Position numbers and translations under genes: made by a program. The notes beneath the pieces were generated by a model, which was not told the origin of the DNA, ran no database searches, and saw only the letters and a list, made by a program, of their open reading frames with translations. Below are positions 1-11,098 of a stretch of DNA of 42,430 nt, in pieces. Numbering within the stretch: position 1 is the stretch's first letter; the number at the start of each line of letters is the position of its first letter. This stretch comes from a virus: the UHGV virus genome UHGV-0382861. One strand, given 5' to 3'.

Positions 1-293
1 CTGCAATTTACTGAAAGTAAATGAGTTATTTTTATTTGGCGCACATATCGCAATTAATACAGCGTTTAGTAATTAGTAAAGACATTTCAATAAATTACCA
101 TTAAAACATTAGTAAATCAGTAAGTTATGATGGATTCGTATTCTTCACTATTATTAACTTACTGTATGTTGATCCAGTGTATTTAACGCTGATAAACTCA
201 ATCCAGTAACACAAAACCGCAACACATTGCATTTTGTCACGTAGAAAAGGCCTGCATGTGTGAGCTTATTTTCTGCGCCTTCGCAGATAAGGA

Positions 294-1697
294 TTGAGAA
301 TGCCGCGCACTGTAACACATAAACCGGATAGCCCCAATAATGACGATGTTTTAGCCGCATCTGAAAAATGGGATGCCTGTAAACCTCCCTATACCAGCGC
401 ACACATGAAAATCTGTGTTGCTGCCGCCAAAATCATCCTCGCCGCTTCCGGCGTGGCTCGCCGTTCCAAATACGAAAAGGAGAACTATCTCCGTATCGAT
501 TTCAGCAAAGCCGGTAAGGTTACATTTTACGCCGAGTTTCCAAAAAAGATGGGGCTCAAAGGCAAAAAGCTCGGCGAGTGGCCGGAGCTTGCCATCCAGC
601 TGGCGCGCGAAAAAGCGTTAGGTATGGCTGAAGGCGGCTTGCGAGCTGAGTCCGTACATGCAGCGCTGGAAATGTACCGGGATGACCTCAAAGCCAAAGT
701 TGCCCGGCAGAAGTTAAGCCCGGATAGTTTCACCACCTACGGGGTGCGTATTGACCGGATTAAAGCAACGTTCGGCCCGCGGGAAGTATTCAGCGACGTA
801 ACATACAGTCGGCTGGTGGAAGTGCTCGACGAATGGATTGCCACCCGCTCGAACAATAACGCCCTGGAGTTGTTCGCCGAGCTCCGCCGGTTCTGGAAGT
901 TCTGCTCCCCTACGCTTTGCAATGGCCGCAACGTTGCTGCCAGCCTGCCCGATGATTATGTATCTTCTCGCGTACAGAAACCCACCCCAACACGGCTTTT
1001 CACCGATATCGAATCCATCGCCAAACTCTGGCTCAATGTTGCCGCCTGCACCTCTGTACATCAGAAGAATGCTGTTCGCTTCATGATCATCACCGGCGTT
1101 CGTCCGATTAACGTTCATAACCTGCGCTGGGATTACGTTAATGAAGATGCTGGCGAAATTGTTTATCCGGAAGGGGTTATCGGCATGCGCGGGGCCATGA
1201 AAACACAAAAGGCTTTCCGCCTGCCGATAACGCCAGAGATCCGGCGGATTATCGACGAGCAGAAAGCCTGGCGTGATTCAGTTCCTGAGTGCAATAACGA
1301 TTTTGTATTCCTGCAGCCGCGTGACCCAATGCAGCCATTTTCAAAACGATCGCTGGATAAACTGGTGAAAACCTACAGCCCAGAAGGGGCAGTAAAAGGA
1401 ATGAAGCATGACGGGACTATTAAGGGGAGAGAGGGGGCATTTAATACGATGTGCCGCAAATTCCTTAAGAGCAATGTTATTGCCCTGATGAAGGAAAGGG
1501 GCTATTCCCGATCAGACCGAAGGGAAATCAGCCTCCTGTGCCTTCACCATTCCAGCAAGTCAGATGACCCGATGGCAGAACACTACGACTTTTCAGACGA
1601 AATTTTGCAGGAAGAGATTGCGTTGAAGCGCGAAGCCTTCGAAGCTCACGAACGAAGCATACTCGCGCAGGCTGCGCTGTTACGGCGACGGGGTTAA
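294..1697 (+). CDS. int: Tyrosine recombinase/integrase, P4-type (N-terminal arm-binding DUF4102-like plus C-terminal catalytic domain)
   Basis: 467-aa ORF at the element's left edge, preceded by a very AT-rich 290 bp. Motifs 'ITGVRPINVHNLRWDYV' and a C-terminal 'HHSSKSDD...EHY' resemble the R..H..R..Y region of P4-family integrases. RBS-like GGATTGAGA upstream. Confidence 0.8.
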   Translation: MRMPRTVTHKPDSPNNDDVLAASEKWDACKPPYTSAHMKICVAAAKIILAASGVARRSKYEKENYLRIDFSKAGKVTFYAEFPKKMGLKGKKLGEWPELAIQLAREKALGMAEGGLRAESVHAALEMYRDDLKAKVARQKLSPDSFTTYGVRIDRIKATFGPREVFSDVTYSRLVEVLDEWIATRSNNNALELFAELRRFWKFCSPTLCNGRNVAASLPDDYVSSRVQKPTPTRLFTDIESIAKLWLNVAACTSVHQKNAVRFMIITGVRPINVHNLRWDYVNEDAGEIVYPEGVIGMRGAMKTQKAFRLPITPEIRRIIDEQKAWRDSVPECNNDFVFLQPRDPMQPFSKRSLDKLVKTYSPEGAVKGMKHDGTIKGREGAFNTMCRKFLKSNVIALMKERGYSRSDRREISLLCLHHSSKSDDPMAEHYDFSDEILQEEIALKREAFEAHERSILAQAALLRRRG

Positions 1698-1894
1698 TAC
1701 TGGCTACGGCATTTTTGGATGAAGGCATCGACGTTACGGCGTTCATAGCGAACCACTTTTGCGCTGAAACGGATGGGGGCCAGTACGGCGCGATGCCGGT
1801 GCTTTATATTCCAGTCGCATAACGTCTTCTGGGTTATGCCCAGCTTCTGGCATACTTCGTCCGGGGTGAGCAGATCGTCGGGTTGCTCGCTCAT
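1694..1894 (-). CDS. alpA: AlpA-family HTH regulator / excisionase-like protein
   Basis: 66 aa. 'LLTPDEVCQKLGITQKTLCDW' matches the AlpA/Xis MerR-like HTH pattern. ATGA overlap with the upstream SNF2 gene; GAGGTA RBS. Confidence 0.65.
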   Translation of the reverse strand: MSEQPDDLLTPDEVCQKLGITQKTLCDWNIKHRHRAVLAPIRFSAKVVRYERRNVDAFIQKCRSQY

Positions 1895-3291
1895 GCTATA
1901 CCTCTCTTTTTCATGGCATCGAGCAGGATGTCCTGCACTGTTCGTTTTGAGTTGCGCCGCTCCATCACCATTTCGTCCATAGTGTCAGCGGCGATAATGT
2001 GGTGGATAAACACCGGGCGGTTATGTCCGGCCTGAATCTGCCGGGTTGGCCCGATGCGTTCGATAATTTGCTGGTACTGCTCCAGATCCCACCAGTGCGA
2101 GAAAAACACCAGTATGTTGCCGCCGTCCTGCATGTTCAGGCCGTGGCCTGCGCTGGCCGGGTGTGCGAACAGGACAGGGATTTTCCCGGCATTCCAGTCG
2201 CGTAGCGTCTGTGGATCCTGGTCGAGGTGGCGACCTCGGGGAAACGCTTTAAGCAGGCGCTCAAGGTCATGTTTCCAGTGGTAGGCCACCAGCACCGGTG
2301 CGCCAGCTGCTTCGGTGAGAATACTGTCCAGCGCCTGCAGCTTCGCGTCGTGCAGTTCTGACCAGCTCCCGGCGTCGTCGGTGTACACCGCGCCGCTGGC
2401 AATTTGCAGACACTTCACCGTTTTTGCCGCGGCGTTCGGCGCTTCGATGCCCTCGCCGTTCAGCTCAAGGAACATTTCCTTTTCCATTTCGCGATACTGC
2501 TGGCGGGCCTTCGGCGGCATGTCTACTCGGATCACGTTATGGATGGGCTCTTTGATATCGAACCAGTCGGCGGCATCGAGGGAGATAGTCACGTCTGCCA
2601 GCGCCCGCTGTATTTCGTCCTGCGAATGGGCGAACGGTTCCAGTTTTGTCCAGCTCTGCCCCGGAAACTGTATTGAGTTGAACCAGCGGGAGGTAAACGC
2701 ACCGTATGTGCGCCCGAGGCGCTGACCCTGATCCACAAACCACGCCTGCCCCCACAAATCCACCAGGCCGTTTGGCGCTGGCGTACCGGTGAGATTCATC
2801 CAGCGCCGGACGTGCTTATGTGCCACTTTGCCCAGGGCCGCCGCGCGCTTGCCACCTCCACGCAACCGGAACGACTTTAGCCGGGTGCTTTCGTCGGGGA
2901 TGACGGTACCGAACGGCCAGCGGCCGCCCAGCTCTTCCACCAGCCAGACCAGATTGTCGTAGTTGATGGTAAACACGCTGGCGTTGCTGTTCGCCAGCGC
3001 CGCAGCGCGCGCTTTGGCATTACCGACAATAGGCTGCACCTCGATATTGCGCAGATGCCCCCATTTCACCGCCTCATCCGGCCAGGTGCTGGCAGCCACG
3101 CGTAGAGGCGCGAGAACCAGCGCGGGCTGAGTCTCTGCGCCTGCCATGAAGAGATCTTCCAGCGTGGTGAGCGTCGCCACGGTTTTACCCATCCCCATGC
3201 CCGCCCAGATGTTGCAGCGCAGGATGTCGATTTCGTGGTTGATGATGAGGTCTTGATAGGGGCGGGGTGTAAAGATTTTAGATGAGGTCAT
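1891..3291 (-). CDS. SNF2-family DNA helicase (DEXH/helicase-C)
   Basis: 466 aa. 'RPYQ' Q-motif, 'GMGMGKT' Walker A, 'VIPDESTRLK' DExx box, C-terminal helicase motifs. Confidence 0.8.
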   Translation of the reverse strand: MTSSKIFTPRPYQDLIINHEIDILRCNIWAGMGMGKTVATLTTLEDLFMAGAETQPALVLAPLRVAASTWPDEAVKWGHLRNIEVQPIVGNAKARAAALANSNASVFTINYDNLVWLVEELGGRWPFGTVIPDESTRLKSFRLRGGGKRAAALGKVAHKHVRRWMNLTGTPAPNGLVDLWGQAWFVDQGQRLGRTYGAFTSRWFNSIQFPGQSWTKLEPFAHSQDEIQRALADVTISLDAADWFDIKEPIHNVIRVDMPPKARQQYREMEKEMFLELNGEGIEAPNAAAKTVKCLQIASGAVYTDDAGSWSELHDAKLQALDSILTEAAGAPVLVAYHWKHDLERLLKAFPRGRHLDQDPQTLRDWNAGKIPVLFAHPASAGHGLNMQDGGNILVFFSHWWDLEQYQQIIERIGPTRQIQAGHNRPVFIHHIIAADTMDEMVMERRNSKRTVQDILLDAMKKRGIA

Positions 3292-4423
3292 ATCCTGCGC
3301 ATTCCATAAACGAGCGGATGAATGTAGCGGCAGCTGGTGCGACTATCGCGTTGCCGTAGGCGCGCAGTCGTCCCACTCTGCTGGTAATCCCATGAGCCAG
3401 CGGGAATGTGCCGGGTTCAACTGGCCGCCAGCGACCATCCCGGCAGAGGAGCCAGTCAGCATCATCCCAGCAGCCGTTAATCGTATTGGGCCGCAGATTC
3501 TCGCTGCGCCGCCGAGTGTCGTTCCCCGTTCGGTATGATTGGCCGCTGCGCCCTCGCCCCGAACCTGATTGTTGTCGATCGTCGTCACTGTCGGCCATCC
3601 GCTCAGGCAAGCATAATCTTGCAGGTTCGGCTGCCGTCCTGCCTGCTGACGCGCTATTACTTTCTCGGCATCCTGATAGGCCGTTTTGGTATTGCTCGCC
3701 AGAGGACTCGGCCAGCCCGCAAGTCTGGATAGCCCTGCTAGGGTTTCCAGACCGCGTTTTGTCTCCGGCTGTGGATTGGTGTTGCAGGTTGGCGTGTACC
3801 ATCCCGCCAGGTGGGCAAAGTCCCGGAGGGAACTGTGCAAGGGGTTGCCGGATGGTCGACGATCTCCAGACATCTTCCTCAGTGCTATTGAGGCGCTTCC
3901 GCCACCGCTGTGATCGCTCGCCGCTGGCGTCGGCCACCCAATATGCTCTGTCTCGGATATGCGGGGCACCGACGCCCGCAGCCGGAAACGGGACAAGCCC
4001 AAAGGCGTAGTCCACTGCTTCCACGTCAGTTTGTACAAGATCGAACCAGGCATTGACTCCCGCAACCTGTTCGCCAAATACCAGCTCAGGGCGTCGCTCG
4101 CTGATGAGGTGGAATAGCGCCGGCCATAGGTGCCGCTCGTCATCAAACCCAGCGCCTTTACCAGCCGAGCTGAAAGGCTGGCACGGGCAACTTCCTGTCC
4201 AGACCGGTTTGTTATCCGGCCATCCGGCCAGACGCAGAGAATAAGACCAGACGCCGATCCCGGCGAAGAAATGGCACTGTGTGAAGCCGCGCAAGTCGTC
4301 TGGTGCGACATCTTCAATACTCCTCTCGTCAACTTCACCCGGGGCAATATGCCCGGCCGCAATAAGGTTACGCAGCCATTGTGCCGCGTTAGGGTCTATT
4401 TCGTTGTAATAGGCTCCCCGCAC
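3278..4423 (-). CDS. DNA (cytosine-5)-methyltransferase (Dcm-like)
   Basis: Motif I 'FAGIGVW', motif IV 'PCQPFSSAG', 'GEQV' ENV-like motif, C-terminal 'YGNAIV' motif X. GTG start at 4423 preceded by GGAGGGG. The variable TRD region is low-complexity. Confidence 0.8.
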   Translation of the reverse strand: MRGAYYNEIDPNAAQWLRNLIAAGHIAPGEVDERSIEDVAPDDLRGFTQCHFFAGIGVWSYSLRLAGWPDNKPVWTGSCPCQPFSSAGKGAGFDDERHLWPALFHLISERRPELVFGEQVAGVNAWFDLVQTDVEAVDYAFGLVPFPAAGVGAPHIRDRAYWVADASGERSQRWRKRLNSTEEDVWRSSTIRQPLAQFPPGLCPPGGMVHANLQHQSTAGDKTRSGNPSRAIQTCGLAESSGEQYQNGLSGCRESNSASAGRTAAEPARLCLPERMADSDDDRQQSGSGRGRSGQSYRTGNDTRRRSENLRPNTINGCWDDADWLLCRDGRWRPVEPGTFPLAHGITSRVGRLRAYGNAIVAPAAATFIRSFMECAGYDLI

Positions 4424-4689
4424 AATATCCCCTCCAGATTTTTGTTATCCAGCACCACCACGGTAAAGCCCAGCGCACGCAGCCGTTCGTGCTCACGCAA
4501 CTGGTCGGCGCGTGGTGGCTTGCCGGGGGCTTTGCATTCAACGAAAACGAGACGGCCGCCGGGTAGCAGGACAATGCGATCTGGTACTGAGCGGCGACCT
4601 GGTGATACGAACTTAAAGGCAACCCCGCCAGCCTTTTTCACTTCGGCGACGAGGTGCTTTTCGATAAGGCTTTCACGTTCGTAGGTCAT
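4396..4689 (-). CDS. VRR-NUC domain nuclease
   Basis: 97 aa. PD-(D/E)xK signature 'VPDRIVLL...LVFVECKAPGK'. ATGA overlap with the PAPS-reductase-like gene. Typical partner of phage SNF2 helicases. Confidence 0.75.
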   Translation of the reverse strand: MTYERESLIEKHLVAEVKKAGGVAFKFVSPGRRSVPDRIVLLPGGRLVFVECKAPGKPPRADQLREHERLRALGFTVVVLDNKNLEGILCGEPITTK

Positions 4690-5462
4690 GCTACCCGCTC
4701 CTTTTGCTCACCTTCGGCTGCCAACTCCCGAATGGGGATCCTACTCATGTGCATTGTGTACCCGGTTTTTACCTCAAGACTGGCGTACTGCTCCAGCAGA
4801 GGAGGGTTATGCCGCGCGCCGTTCGCCAGATCATTTCGGCTGGCCATAATGCAAAATACGCAACTCAGTCGTTCATTTCCCAAAGCATATGCATAATGTG
4901 GCTCTTGCCCTGCCCGCCGAATAGCGCCAAACACCTCCTCGGTTAGCAGTTCATGTACAGGCAACCACTCATACCAGGTATTAACTGAGTTGCTTATTCC
5001 CATCTTGCTCAATACTTGGCGCTTAGCTCGTCCTGGCGATTCCTGGGCGCGCAAGCCGAGGCAGTTAACGATCGTTTTAAAACCATTAGCCTTTGCGTAC
5101 CGACGAACTTCTCGCTGAATAGGTCCGCGCTTTAGGTCGCTAGTGCATTGGCGGGTGCTGGCTGACGGCCAGCTCGGAACCTCAGGACGATTAGCAAATC
5201 GACGTTCGACCATATCGAAAAATGTCTTGCTGGCCCGAGCTACGATGAATGTCAGTCCAGCGTCTTTTGCTTGCTTTTCTGCCAGTTCCAAAGCACCAGG
5301 CCACTCAATAACGCCAAGAGATGCATGAACAACGATAAGCTGTGTAGTTGGGATTATTTCAAGAAGTTTGATTAGCATCGCTTGGCTATCTTTTCCGCCG
5401 CTGTGGTTTGAAACAAATAGCGCCCCCGCGTTGACCAGAGAACTAATATCAGCGGGGATCAT
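4686..5462 (-). CDS. Phosphoadenosine-phosphosulfate (PAPS) reductase-family PP-loop protein
   Basis: 258 aa. PP-loop 'SNHSGGKDSQAML' near the N-terminus, C-terminal 'CVFC' pair. ATGA overlap with the ANR-like gene. Confidence 0.75.
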   Translation of the reverse strand: MIPADISSLVNAGALFVSNHSGGKDSQAMLIKLLEIIPTTQLIVVHASLGVIEWPGALELAEKQAKDAGLTFIVARASKTFFDMVERRFANRPEVPSWPSASTRQCTSDLKRGPIQREVRRYAKANGFKTIVNCLGLRAQESPGRAKRQVLSKMGISNSVNTWYEWLPVHELLTEEVFGAIRRAGQEPHYAYALGNERLSCVFCIMASRNDLANGARHNPPLLEQYASLEVKTGYTMHMSRIPIRELAAEGEQKERVA

Positions 5463-5674
5463 TCTTCCACCGCCTTACGCTTTTCGCGCATGTTCTGCAT
5501 CAGGCAAAAATCAGACCGGCGCTCGCTCCAGTCCTGATTCAGTTCATTACGCGATTCGCGGTTGGCTTTGGCCCAGACCTTTGCCGCCCGGTCGTACTCG
5601 CCGGACTGCTCAAGGCGCAAAGCCTCCCGCGCAGCCCGGTAATAAAGCGGACTGTCCCGATATTTAAATGACAT
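5459..5674 (-). CDS. ANR-family (Aar-like AraC-negative-regulator) small protein
   Basis: 71 aa from ATG at 5674 (GAGGTAA RBS; the ORF-track start at 5704 lacks an RBS). Pattern 'Y..AA..A.R.E..G....AA..W.KA....NQ.W..R..FC' matches the Aar/ANR family as I remember it. Confidence 0.5.
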   Translation of the reverse strand: MSFKYRDSPLYYRAAREALRLEQSGEYDRAAKVWAKANRESRNELNQDWSERRSDFCLMQNMREKRKAVEE

Positions 5675-5684
5675 AGGGATTACC

Positions 5685-5888
5685 TCAGTTGATGACGCCG
5701 ACAACCTCAGGGTCGGTTGCTATATCGCTGTTTACCAGACGGAAGCGGACCAGAACTGCGCCCTGATCACCCCAGTCTCTGCGCAGAGTGCGCCAAGAGG
5801 GGTGTTTATCGCCGCAGCATTCCAGAATGGCGGCGCTGTCTATATCGAACTGCGCACGGCTATCCATCACCATAAAAATGAATTTCAT
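5685..5888 (-). CDS. Hypothetical small protein
   Basis: 67 aa, GAGGAAG RBS, ATGA overlap with the upstream gene. No recognisable domain. Confidence 0.5.
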   Translation of the reverse strand: MKFIFMVMDSRAQFDIDSAAILECCGDKHPSWRTLRRDWGDQGAVLVRFRLVNSDIATDPEVVGVIN

Positions 5889-6187
5889 GCGGTAACTTCC
5901 TCATTTGAGGTGGCTTTACCGTTGAATTTAGTACCGCAGAATGGGCAGTAGTTGATTGCGATTTTCGTGTCAGCGTTTGTTAAACGCTGCTCCGGATCGC
6001 CGTTTTTCTTCCGCTTGCGATACCGCACGTTGAACGGCAGCATTACCGCGCAGTAGTCGCCTTCTTCAAGCACCCAAACACGATTACCAAAATCACACTC
6101 GTCCATTGAATGAACCGAATCACCCAACACCTCTTTTACGCGCGCTTCCATGCGTTCTTTCACTTCTGAAAAGCAGTTACAGGCCAT
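5885..6187 (-). CDS. Hypothetical zinc-ribbon protein
   Basis: 100 aa with 'CNCF...' and 'CPFCG' Cys pairs. AAGGAT RBS. Confidence 0.5.
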   Translation of the reverse strand: MACNCFSEVKERMEARVKEVLGDSVHSMDECDFGNRVWVLEEGDYCAVMLPFNVRYRKRKKNGDPEQRLTNADTKIAINYCPFCGTKFNGKATSNEEVTA

Positions 6188-6192
6188 AGCAA

Positions 6193-8253
6193 TTAATCCT
6201 TACGGTAGTGGTACGCCTCAAAGCCGCCAGCGTTCAGCGGGATATCGGGCGCCCATTCGGGGTTAGTGGAGAGCAGCGCGGAAAGCGCTGTATCGTTGAA
6301 ATCGTCAGTGTCCGGCGCTTCGGTTATCACCTCATCGTGTACCGTCAGCACAATGCTGTATCCGGCATCCTCGATCAGCGGCATGTTTCCGGCCAGAACG
6401 TCGCGGGCGGCCGCCTGGGTGACGTTTTCCACCAGCTTTCCACCGTAGGTTTTGAGCCGCTGCCATTTGCGCGAGTAGGAGTTAACACCCTGATAGGTGA
6501 TGTTTCCCTTCTCGATGGACGGGGACGGGTAACACAGCGCGCGCCCGGACGGCAGCTGTATGCGCAGCCATGCGCCATCACGGCGGACTTTCAGATAACC
6601 GCAGTACAGTGTCTTTTTGGGGGTAGCGATGGCGGTGCGGACAGTGCGCTCGAGCTCGTACCAGAAATCGCAGGTCGCCGGGTGCGCTCTGCGCCACAGG
6701 CGCTTGAGCGAGTCACATGCGATGAATACGCGCTCGGACAGGCCAAAGGTCGACTTGCGTTTAACTGATTCGTCGTACCAGCTTTTCGCCTCGCGGATGA
6801 CATCGCGGGGGATGTTCGGTAGTGCGGCGCTCGCCAGCTCGTCGAGGTCGAGGCCGTAGACCAGGGCGAAGGTCAGGAACGCCGCAACACCACCACCAAA
6901 GCCGAGACCCAGCTCCATCACCTTGCCGATCTGACGCTGGTATTTATCAACATCGTCCGGTGAGATGTTGAAGGCGCGGGCGTAGGCCAGTTTATACAGG
7001 TCCGGCCCGGTTCCCTCGTCGTACTCCCGGAACGCGTCCAGTTTCCACTGCTCGCCGGCAAGCCATGCCAGCTTACGGCCTTCAATGTTCGACAGGTCGC
7101 TAACCACCAGCTTTTTGCCTGCGGGGGCCATAATGCAGCCGCGCAGCGCTGAGCTGGTCAGCTCCATGATGTTATCGAACAGCAGATCGGCGCATCCGGC
7201 TTTCAGCGCCTCGATGCCCTCGTCTATCTGGTCCTGCTCAAGAGAAGGGCGGGGCAGGTTCTGGGGCTGGAACAGCCGCCCGGCCCAGCGCCCGGTTCGC
7301 GATGCGCCGCAGAATTGCAGCGTGCCGCGCAGACGCCCGTCGCTGCTCACGCCCTTCATCAGTGATTTGTACTTGCTGGTGCTGGTGGTGCTGGCCTGCA
7401 GGCGAATAGCCAGCAGCTCTTTCACCGCCGACGGCAAATCAGGATCCGCCATACGGCGCTCCAGCGTGCTGCGCTGCATGTCCGGCAGCTCCACGCCGTA
7501 GGATTCAACAATGTGCTTAATCAGCGCATCGCGCTGCGTGGCCGCCTGCACTTCGCCGTCGGTCATCACCTGCGTGCGTTTCGCCAGGCGTTTTTGCTCG
7601 AGGTCTACCGCCTCGATCGCCGCCTGTGCCAGCTGCACATCCATGCAGACGCCGCGGTCGTTGATCTGCTGGTCGCGATGCCAGAGCGCCAGCTCTGTAC
7701 CCTTATAATTCCACTTCGGCAGGCGCTTATGTACTTCGCGCATAGCCTCGATATCCAGTCCGGCGTAAGCAACAAAGCGCCGCCATTCTTCCGGATGGGT
7801 TTTGCTGGTGGCCCGGCGCAGTTTGCTGTTCTTTGGCCGTGGCTTACAGAACAGCTGGATAAGCGCTTTACCTTCTTTGTCCTTCGCCTTGTCCTGCGGG
7901 ACGCCCAGCACCTCGCAGAGTGCCCCCAGCGCGCCGGGGAGGCCGTGCGCCAGCGCCTGCACCATTGTGTCGCGCCAGCGCGTTACACCAGGGACCAGCT
8001 CCGGATGGTCATGCCGCATAACCGTACGGTCGAAATGTGAATTGTGCGCCCACACCTCAATCGCCGGATCGGCCAGTGCCCGATACAACATTGGCGGCAT
8101 TACAATGCCCGTCGTTAAATCCCATACGCTGACAGGACCATCGTCAATGGCCCAGGCCATCAGCATTACCTCAACCTTTTCAGCATAGGCATGGGTGCCG
8201 TTGTTAATAGGCACCTCGCTGAAGGTTTCGAGGTCAATCCATAATTTTTCCAT
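6193..8253 (-). CDS. Family-A DNA polymerase with 3'-5' exonuclease domain
   Basis: Start at ATG 8253 ([12 protein letters not shown]; GAGGAT RBS); the track's 8298 start lacks an RBS. Exo I 'DLETFS'. Pol motifs '[16 protein letters not shown]' and 'VHDEV'. Confidence 0.85.
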   Translation of the reverse strand: MEKLWIDLETFSEVPINNGTHAYAEKVEVMLMAWAIDDGPVSVWDLTTGIVMPPMLYRALADPAIEVWAHNSHFDRTVMRHDHPELVPGVTRWRDTMVQALAHGLPGALGALCEVLGVPQDKAKDKEGKALIQLFCKPRPKNSKLRRATSKTHPEEWRRFVAYAGLDIEAMREVHKRLPKWNYKGTELALWHRDQQINDRGVCMDVQLAQAAIEAVDLEQKRLAKRTQVMTDGEVQAATQRDALIKHIVESYGVELPDMQRSTLERRMADPDLPSAVKELLAIRLQASTTSTSKYKSLMKGVSSDGRLRGTLQFCGASRTGRWAGRLFQPQNLPRPSLEQDQIDEGIEALKAGCADLLFDNIMELTSSALRGCIMAPAGKKLVVSDLSNIEGRKLAWLAGEQWKLDAFREYDEGTGPDLYKLAYARAFNISPDDVDKYQRQIGKVMELGLGFGGGVAAFLTFALVYGLDLDELASAALPNIPRDVIREAKSWYDESVKRKSTFGLSERVFIACDSLKRLWRRAHPATCDFWYELERTVRTAIATPKKTLYCGYLKVRRDGAWLRIQLPSGRALCYPSPSIEKGNITYQGVNSYSRKWQRLKTYGGKLVENVTQAAARDVLAGNMPLIEDAGYSIVLTVHDEVITEAPDTDDFNDTALSALLSTNPEWAPDIPLNAGGFEAYHYRKD

Positions 8254-8330
8254 ACTCAATCCTCGCGGGTGCTTTGCGAAAAGGGACGCTCTTTGCAAAA
8301 CACCCGGCGCATGGCCGGGTGGGAGAAGAG

Positions 8331-8879
8331 TTAAACCAGATCGGAGGCGTCTGCACCTTCGCTGATATCGTCGAAGTCATCCGGTGCGGCCACACCGCCG
8401 CCAGCGAACGCGTCACCGTCGCGCAGGAACTGGACGCCACCCAGCGATGCGTTAACGCGTTTGCCGAAGTTGTTGTCCTGCGCCCAGATGTCGATTACCG
8501 CGTTGACGTAGCAGCCAGCATAAGGACGCCCATCAGCCTGGATGAGTGGCGAACGGTCGCGGTCAATAACCGCCGGGCGCGCTTTGTTGGCAGCGTTCAG
8601 GAAGAAGTTGCCCGGGAAGCCTTCATATTCGGCTTTCTCGTCACCGTCATGCAGGCAGAGGTTGAGCTTTTTCTCCAGCTGGTTGTAAATGGTTTCCCAC
8701 TTCTCACCCCATTTTTCCTTCGCTACCTGTTTCAGCGCTTTGCGGACTTCATCCAGTTGCGGGTGCTTCGGGTCCATCAGGAAAACAGCAGAGAAGCGCG
8801 GGTCGCCTTCACCGTTTACGGTTTTTGCTTCGAACAGAGCAGGGAAGGCCAGGCGGACGTTATTCAGTTTAATTTTCAT
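8331..8879 (-). CDS. DUF2815-family phage protein (putative ssDNA-binding/annealing)
   Basis: 182 aa starting '[18 protein letters not shown]', the typical DUF2815 N-terminus. AAGGAA RBS. Confidence 0.75.
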   Translation of the reverse strand: MKIKLNNVRLAFPALFEAKTVNGEGDPRFSAVFLMDPKHPQLDEVRKALKQVAKEKWGEKWETIYNQLEKKLNLCLHDGDEKAEYEGFPGNFFLNAANKARPAVIDRDRSPLIQADGRPYAGCYVNAVIDIWAQDNNFGKRVNASLGGVQFLRDGDAFAGGGVAAPDDFDDISEGADASDLV

Positions 8880-8894
8880 GGAGTCGTTCCTTAT

Positions 8895-10196
8895 TCAGAT
8901 GAGGTCTGCGGCGAGCGCGTCGTCGGACACGTCGTCGAAATCGTTAACAGGGTTGATATTGAGCGCTGGGCGCGGGTCGGATTCTGGGGCGACGGTAGGC
9001 TTACCGTCAGCGCGGGTGATCAGCGCTTCGACTTTCGGCCAGCGGCGAGGGCTGGCCTTTTTGATAAGCTTCTCGGCTTTGGTCGGGCTGATCAGCTTGA
9101 AGTCGAAGACTTCTTCCATTTTGTAGCGGAACTGGTCTTTCAGCAGCGCGCGGGCAGCTTCTTCATCGCTCCAGGCACGATTGCCCTGTTTGCCAGTAAC
9201 CAGCTTAAAGCCCGGTACCGGATGCCCGGCGTTCAGCTCACTGTTCACCCGGTCGCGCACAGCCTTTAGCCACGATTCGATAGCATCGGCCTGGCTGTAG
9301 ATCTCCGCCAGTTCCTCAGTGGTCAGTAGCGGTACGCGCGAGCTGGCAGCAGTGATGATTTCGCTAACCGGTTTGGTCAGGTCTTCGAAATCGCTGGCAG
9401 CAGTTTGCATGTGCTGCATTTTCTGAGCAGTGCAGACTGCTTTGGCTTTGCAGAACCGGCACTGCTTTTCACCGGGAGTGAAGTTTTCCAGAGGCAGTGT
9501 TTCGACGCCTTCGCAATCTGCGATGTTGAACATCACGATCACATTGGCCGCTGCTTCCTGCGCCCGTTCTCCGAACGCCTGGAGTTCTTCCACCGTCAGC
9601 GCCCACTCTGAAACGTGGTTAAGCCGCGGCTGGTGGATGAACAGACGCACCGTCTCGAAGTCGTACAGCATGCTGAACTGTTCGAGCGCGCCCAGGGCAT
9701 ACAGCTGCAGCTGCTCGTTCTGCTCGGCATCGACGCGCACACCCTTACCGTATTTCAGGTCGTGGATCTGCAGCTCGTTGCCCGCGATGATTACGCCGTC
9801 GGCGGTACCAAAGGACTCTTCTACGCCCACGATATGGGAGAAGTCGACACGCTGCTCGACCAGCAACTCATTGCCCTGCGACAGCGCCCAGACGGTGTCG
9901 ACGTAACGGCCAACGGCTTCGACCATTTCCTCATCTACCTGCGGGCCGGAAGTATCATCCGGGTGCTCAGCAAGGGGATAGGAGCCGAGGAACATCGCGA
10001 CATTGCAGCCCGCATAGTGTTCCGGGTGGCTCTGACGGTTGCGCAGCACCTTTTCGCCAAGTGCATGCGCTGCAGTGCCTTCTAAAGCAAAGGACGTTTC
10101 TTTGTCTGGCTGAGTGGCCTCCAGCGCCAGACTGCCAGGGCAGCGCATCCACCGATGCGCTGATGATGGGGAAAGTCGTGCATGAACGTCCGGCAT
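8895..10196 (-). CDS. DUF2800-family PD-(D/E)xK nuclease (Cas4-like, C-terminal Cys cluster)
   Basis: 433 aa. '[14 protein letters not shown]' N-terminus, '[10 protein letters not shown]' cysteine cluster. GGAGGG RBS. Confidence 0.75.
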   Translation of the reverse strand: MPDVHARLSPSSAHRWMRCPGSLALEATQPDKETSFALEGTAAHALGEKVLRNRQSHPEHYAGCNVAMFLGSYPLAEHPDDTSGPQVDEEMVEAVGRYVDTVWALSQGNELLVEQRVDFSHIVGVEESFGTADGVIIAGNELQIHDLKYGKGVRVDAEQNEQLQLYALGALEQFSMLYDFETVRLFIHQPRLNHVSEWALTVEELQAFGERAQEAAANVIVMFNIADCEGVETLPLENFTPGEKQCRFCKAKAVCTAQKMQHMQTAASDFEDLTKPVSEIITAASSRVPLLTTEELAEIYSQADAIESWLKAVRDRVNSELNAGHPVPGFKLVTGKQGNRAWSDEEAARALLKDQFRYKMEEVFDFKLISPTKAEKLIKKASPRRWPKVEALITRADGKPTVAPESDPRPALNINPVNDFDDVSDDALAADLI

Positions 10197-10198
10197 GA

Positions 10199-11098
10199 TT
10201 AACCCTCCAGCGCTTTTTCAGCCTGAGCGATCACATCTGCGAGGTTCTCGTCAGCGACTTCACCGAGTTTTTTGGCACCCTGTTTTTCCAGAATCGCCAC
10301 AGCTTCGGCACGGTAACCGCCTTTCGCCAGTTGGAGGATCAACCCTTCGGCCTGTTTACGCAGCACTGCAAAATCGGTCTGTTCGCCAGCTGTTTCGATA
10401 CCGTCTTTTGCCGCGTTTTTACGCGCGAAATCTTCCTGCAGCTGGAGGTACTCAACTTTAGTGATCTCGATATGGCCCTTTTTAAGCAGCTCGTTCAGCT
10501 TGCGTAAGGTATGGAGCTCGCTGGCGGCGGAGCCATCGACGTTCTTGCAGTAGAACGGCCCGGTGCGTTCTTCATCCTTACCGCTGGATTTCGGCTTCAC
10601 TTCATGGCGCCCGTCAGCTGGTGCGTCCAGTAAGCGTTCGGCAAAATCACGACGTGCCGCGATGGTTGGTAAATCGTCCCAGAAGCGCAGGATGTTACGT
10701 GACAGGTCAAGTAACGCTGGCTTGTTCAGATGAGCAGCGCGTTTAACGCCCTGCAGGGCGCTGTCCAGAGCGTCGATCTGCACAACGCGCTTATCGCCTT
10801 CGGCGTCGCGGTAATCAACAACGCGCTTGACCATTGTTTCGCTGAGCTCCTGCGCGTCCGGGTAGAATGCAGCCAGAGCGATAATGTCGCTGAACTCCAG
10901 ATCGTCCAGCGTAACCTTGCGGATAACAGTATTTTCCGCTTTGGTTTCCGGTACTGTTTCGCGGTATTCCTGCACCTGCGCCACTGTGTCCGGGCGGAGA
11001 GCGACGCCAGAGGCGAGCGCGGTGATAAGGCGTTCCAGCAGTTCGTTGTTACGGGTTACCAGCTGGTTATTAAGTTCCAGATTTGTTTCTAAGCTCAT
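10199..11098 (-). CDS. Hypothetical acidic helical early protein
   Basis: Start placed at ATG 11098 (MSLETN...) with a GAGGA RBS 7 nt upstream. The track's 11263 start would run through the upstream small gene. Confidence 0.55.
   Translation of the reverse strand: MSLETNLELNNQLVTRNNELLERLITALASGVALRPDTVAQVQEYRETVPETKAENTVIRKVTLDDLEFSDIIALAAFYPDAQELSETMVKRVVDYRDAEGDKRVVQIDALDSALQGVKRAAHLNKPALLDLSRNILRFWDDLPTIAARRDFAERLLDAPADGRHEVKPKSSGKDEERTGPFYCKNVDGSAASELHTLRKLNELLKKGHIEITKVEYLQLQEDFARKNAAKDGIETAGEQTDFAVLRKQAEGLILQLAKGGYRAEAVAILEKQGAKKLGEVADENLADVIAQAEKALEG

Noticed and set aside
154-402. 82-aa minus-strand ORF overlapping the integrase start and the AT-rich att-proximal region
   Set aside because: AT-rich noncoding region (probable integrase arm and regulatory DNA). 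No RBS, and it is antisense to the int 5' end.
3343-4362. 339-aa minus-strand ORF fully inside the Dcm gene in another frame
   Set aside because: Frame shadow. The Dcm frame carries motifs I, IV and X; the alternate frame is Ser/Arg-rich junk.
8274-9269. 331-aa plus-strand ORF antisense to the DUF2815 and DUF2800 genes
   Set aside because: No RBS, and it is antisense to two genes with strong RBSs and recognisable N-termini.
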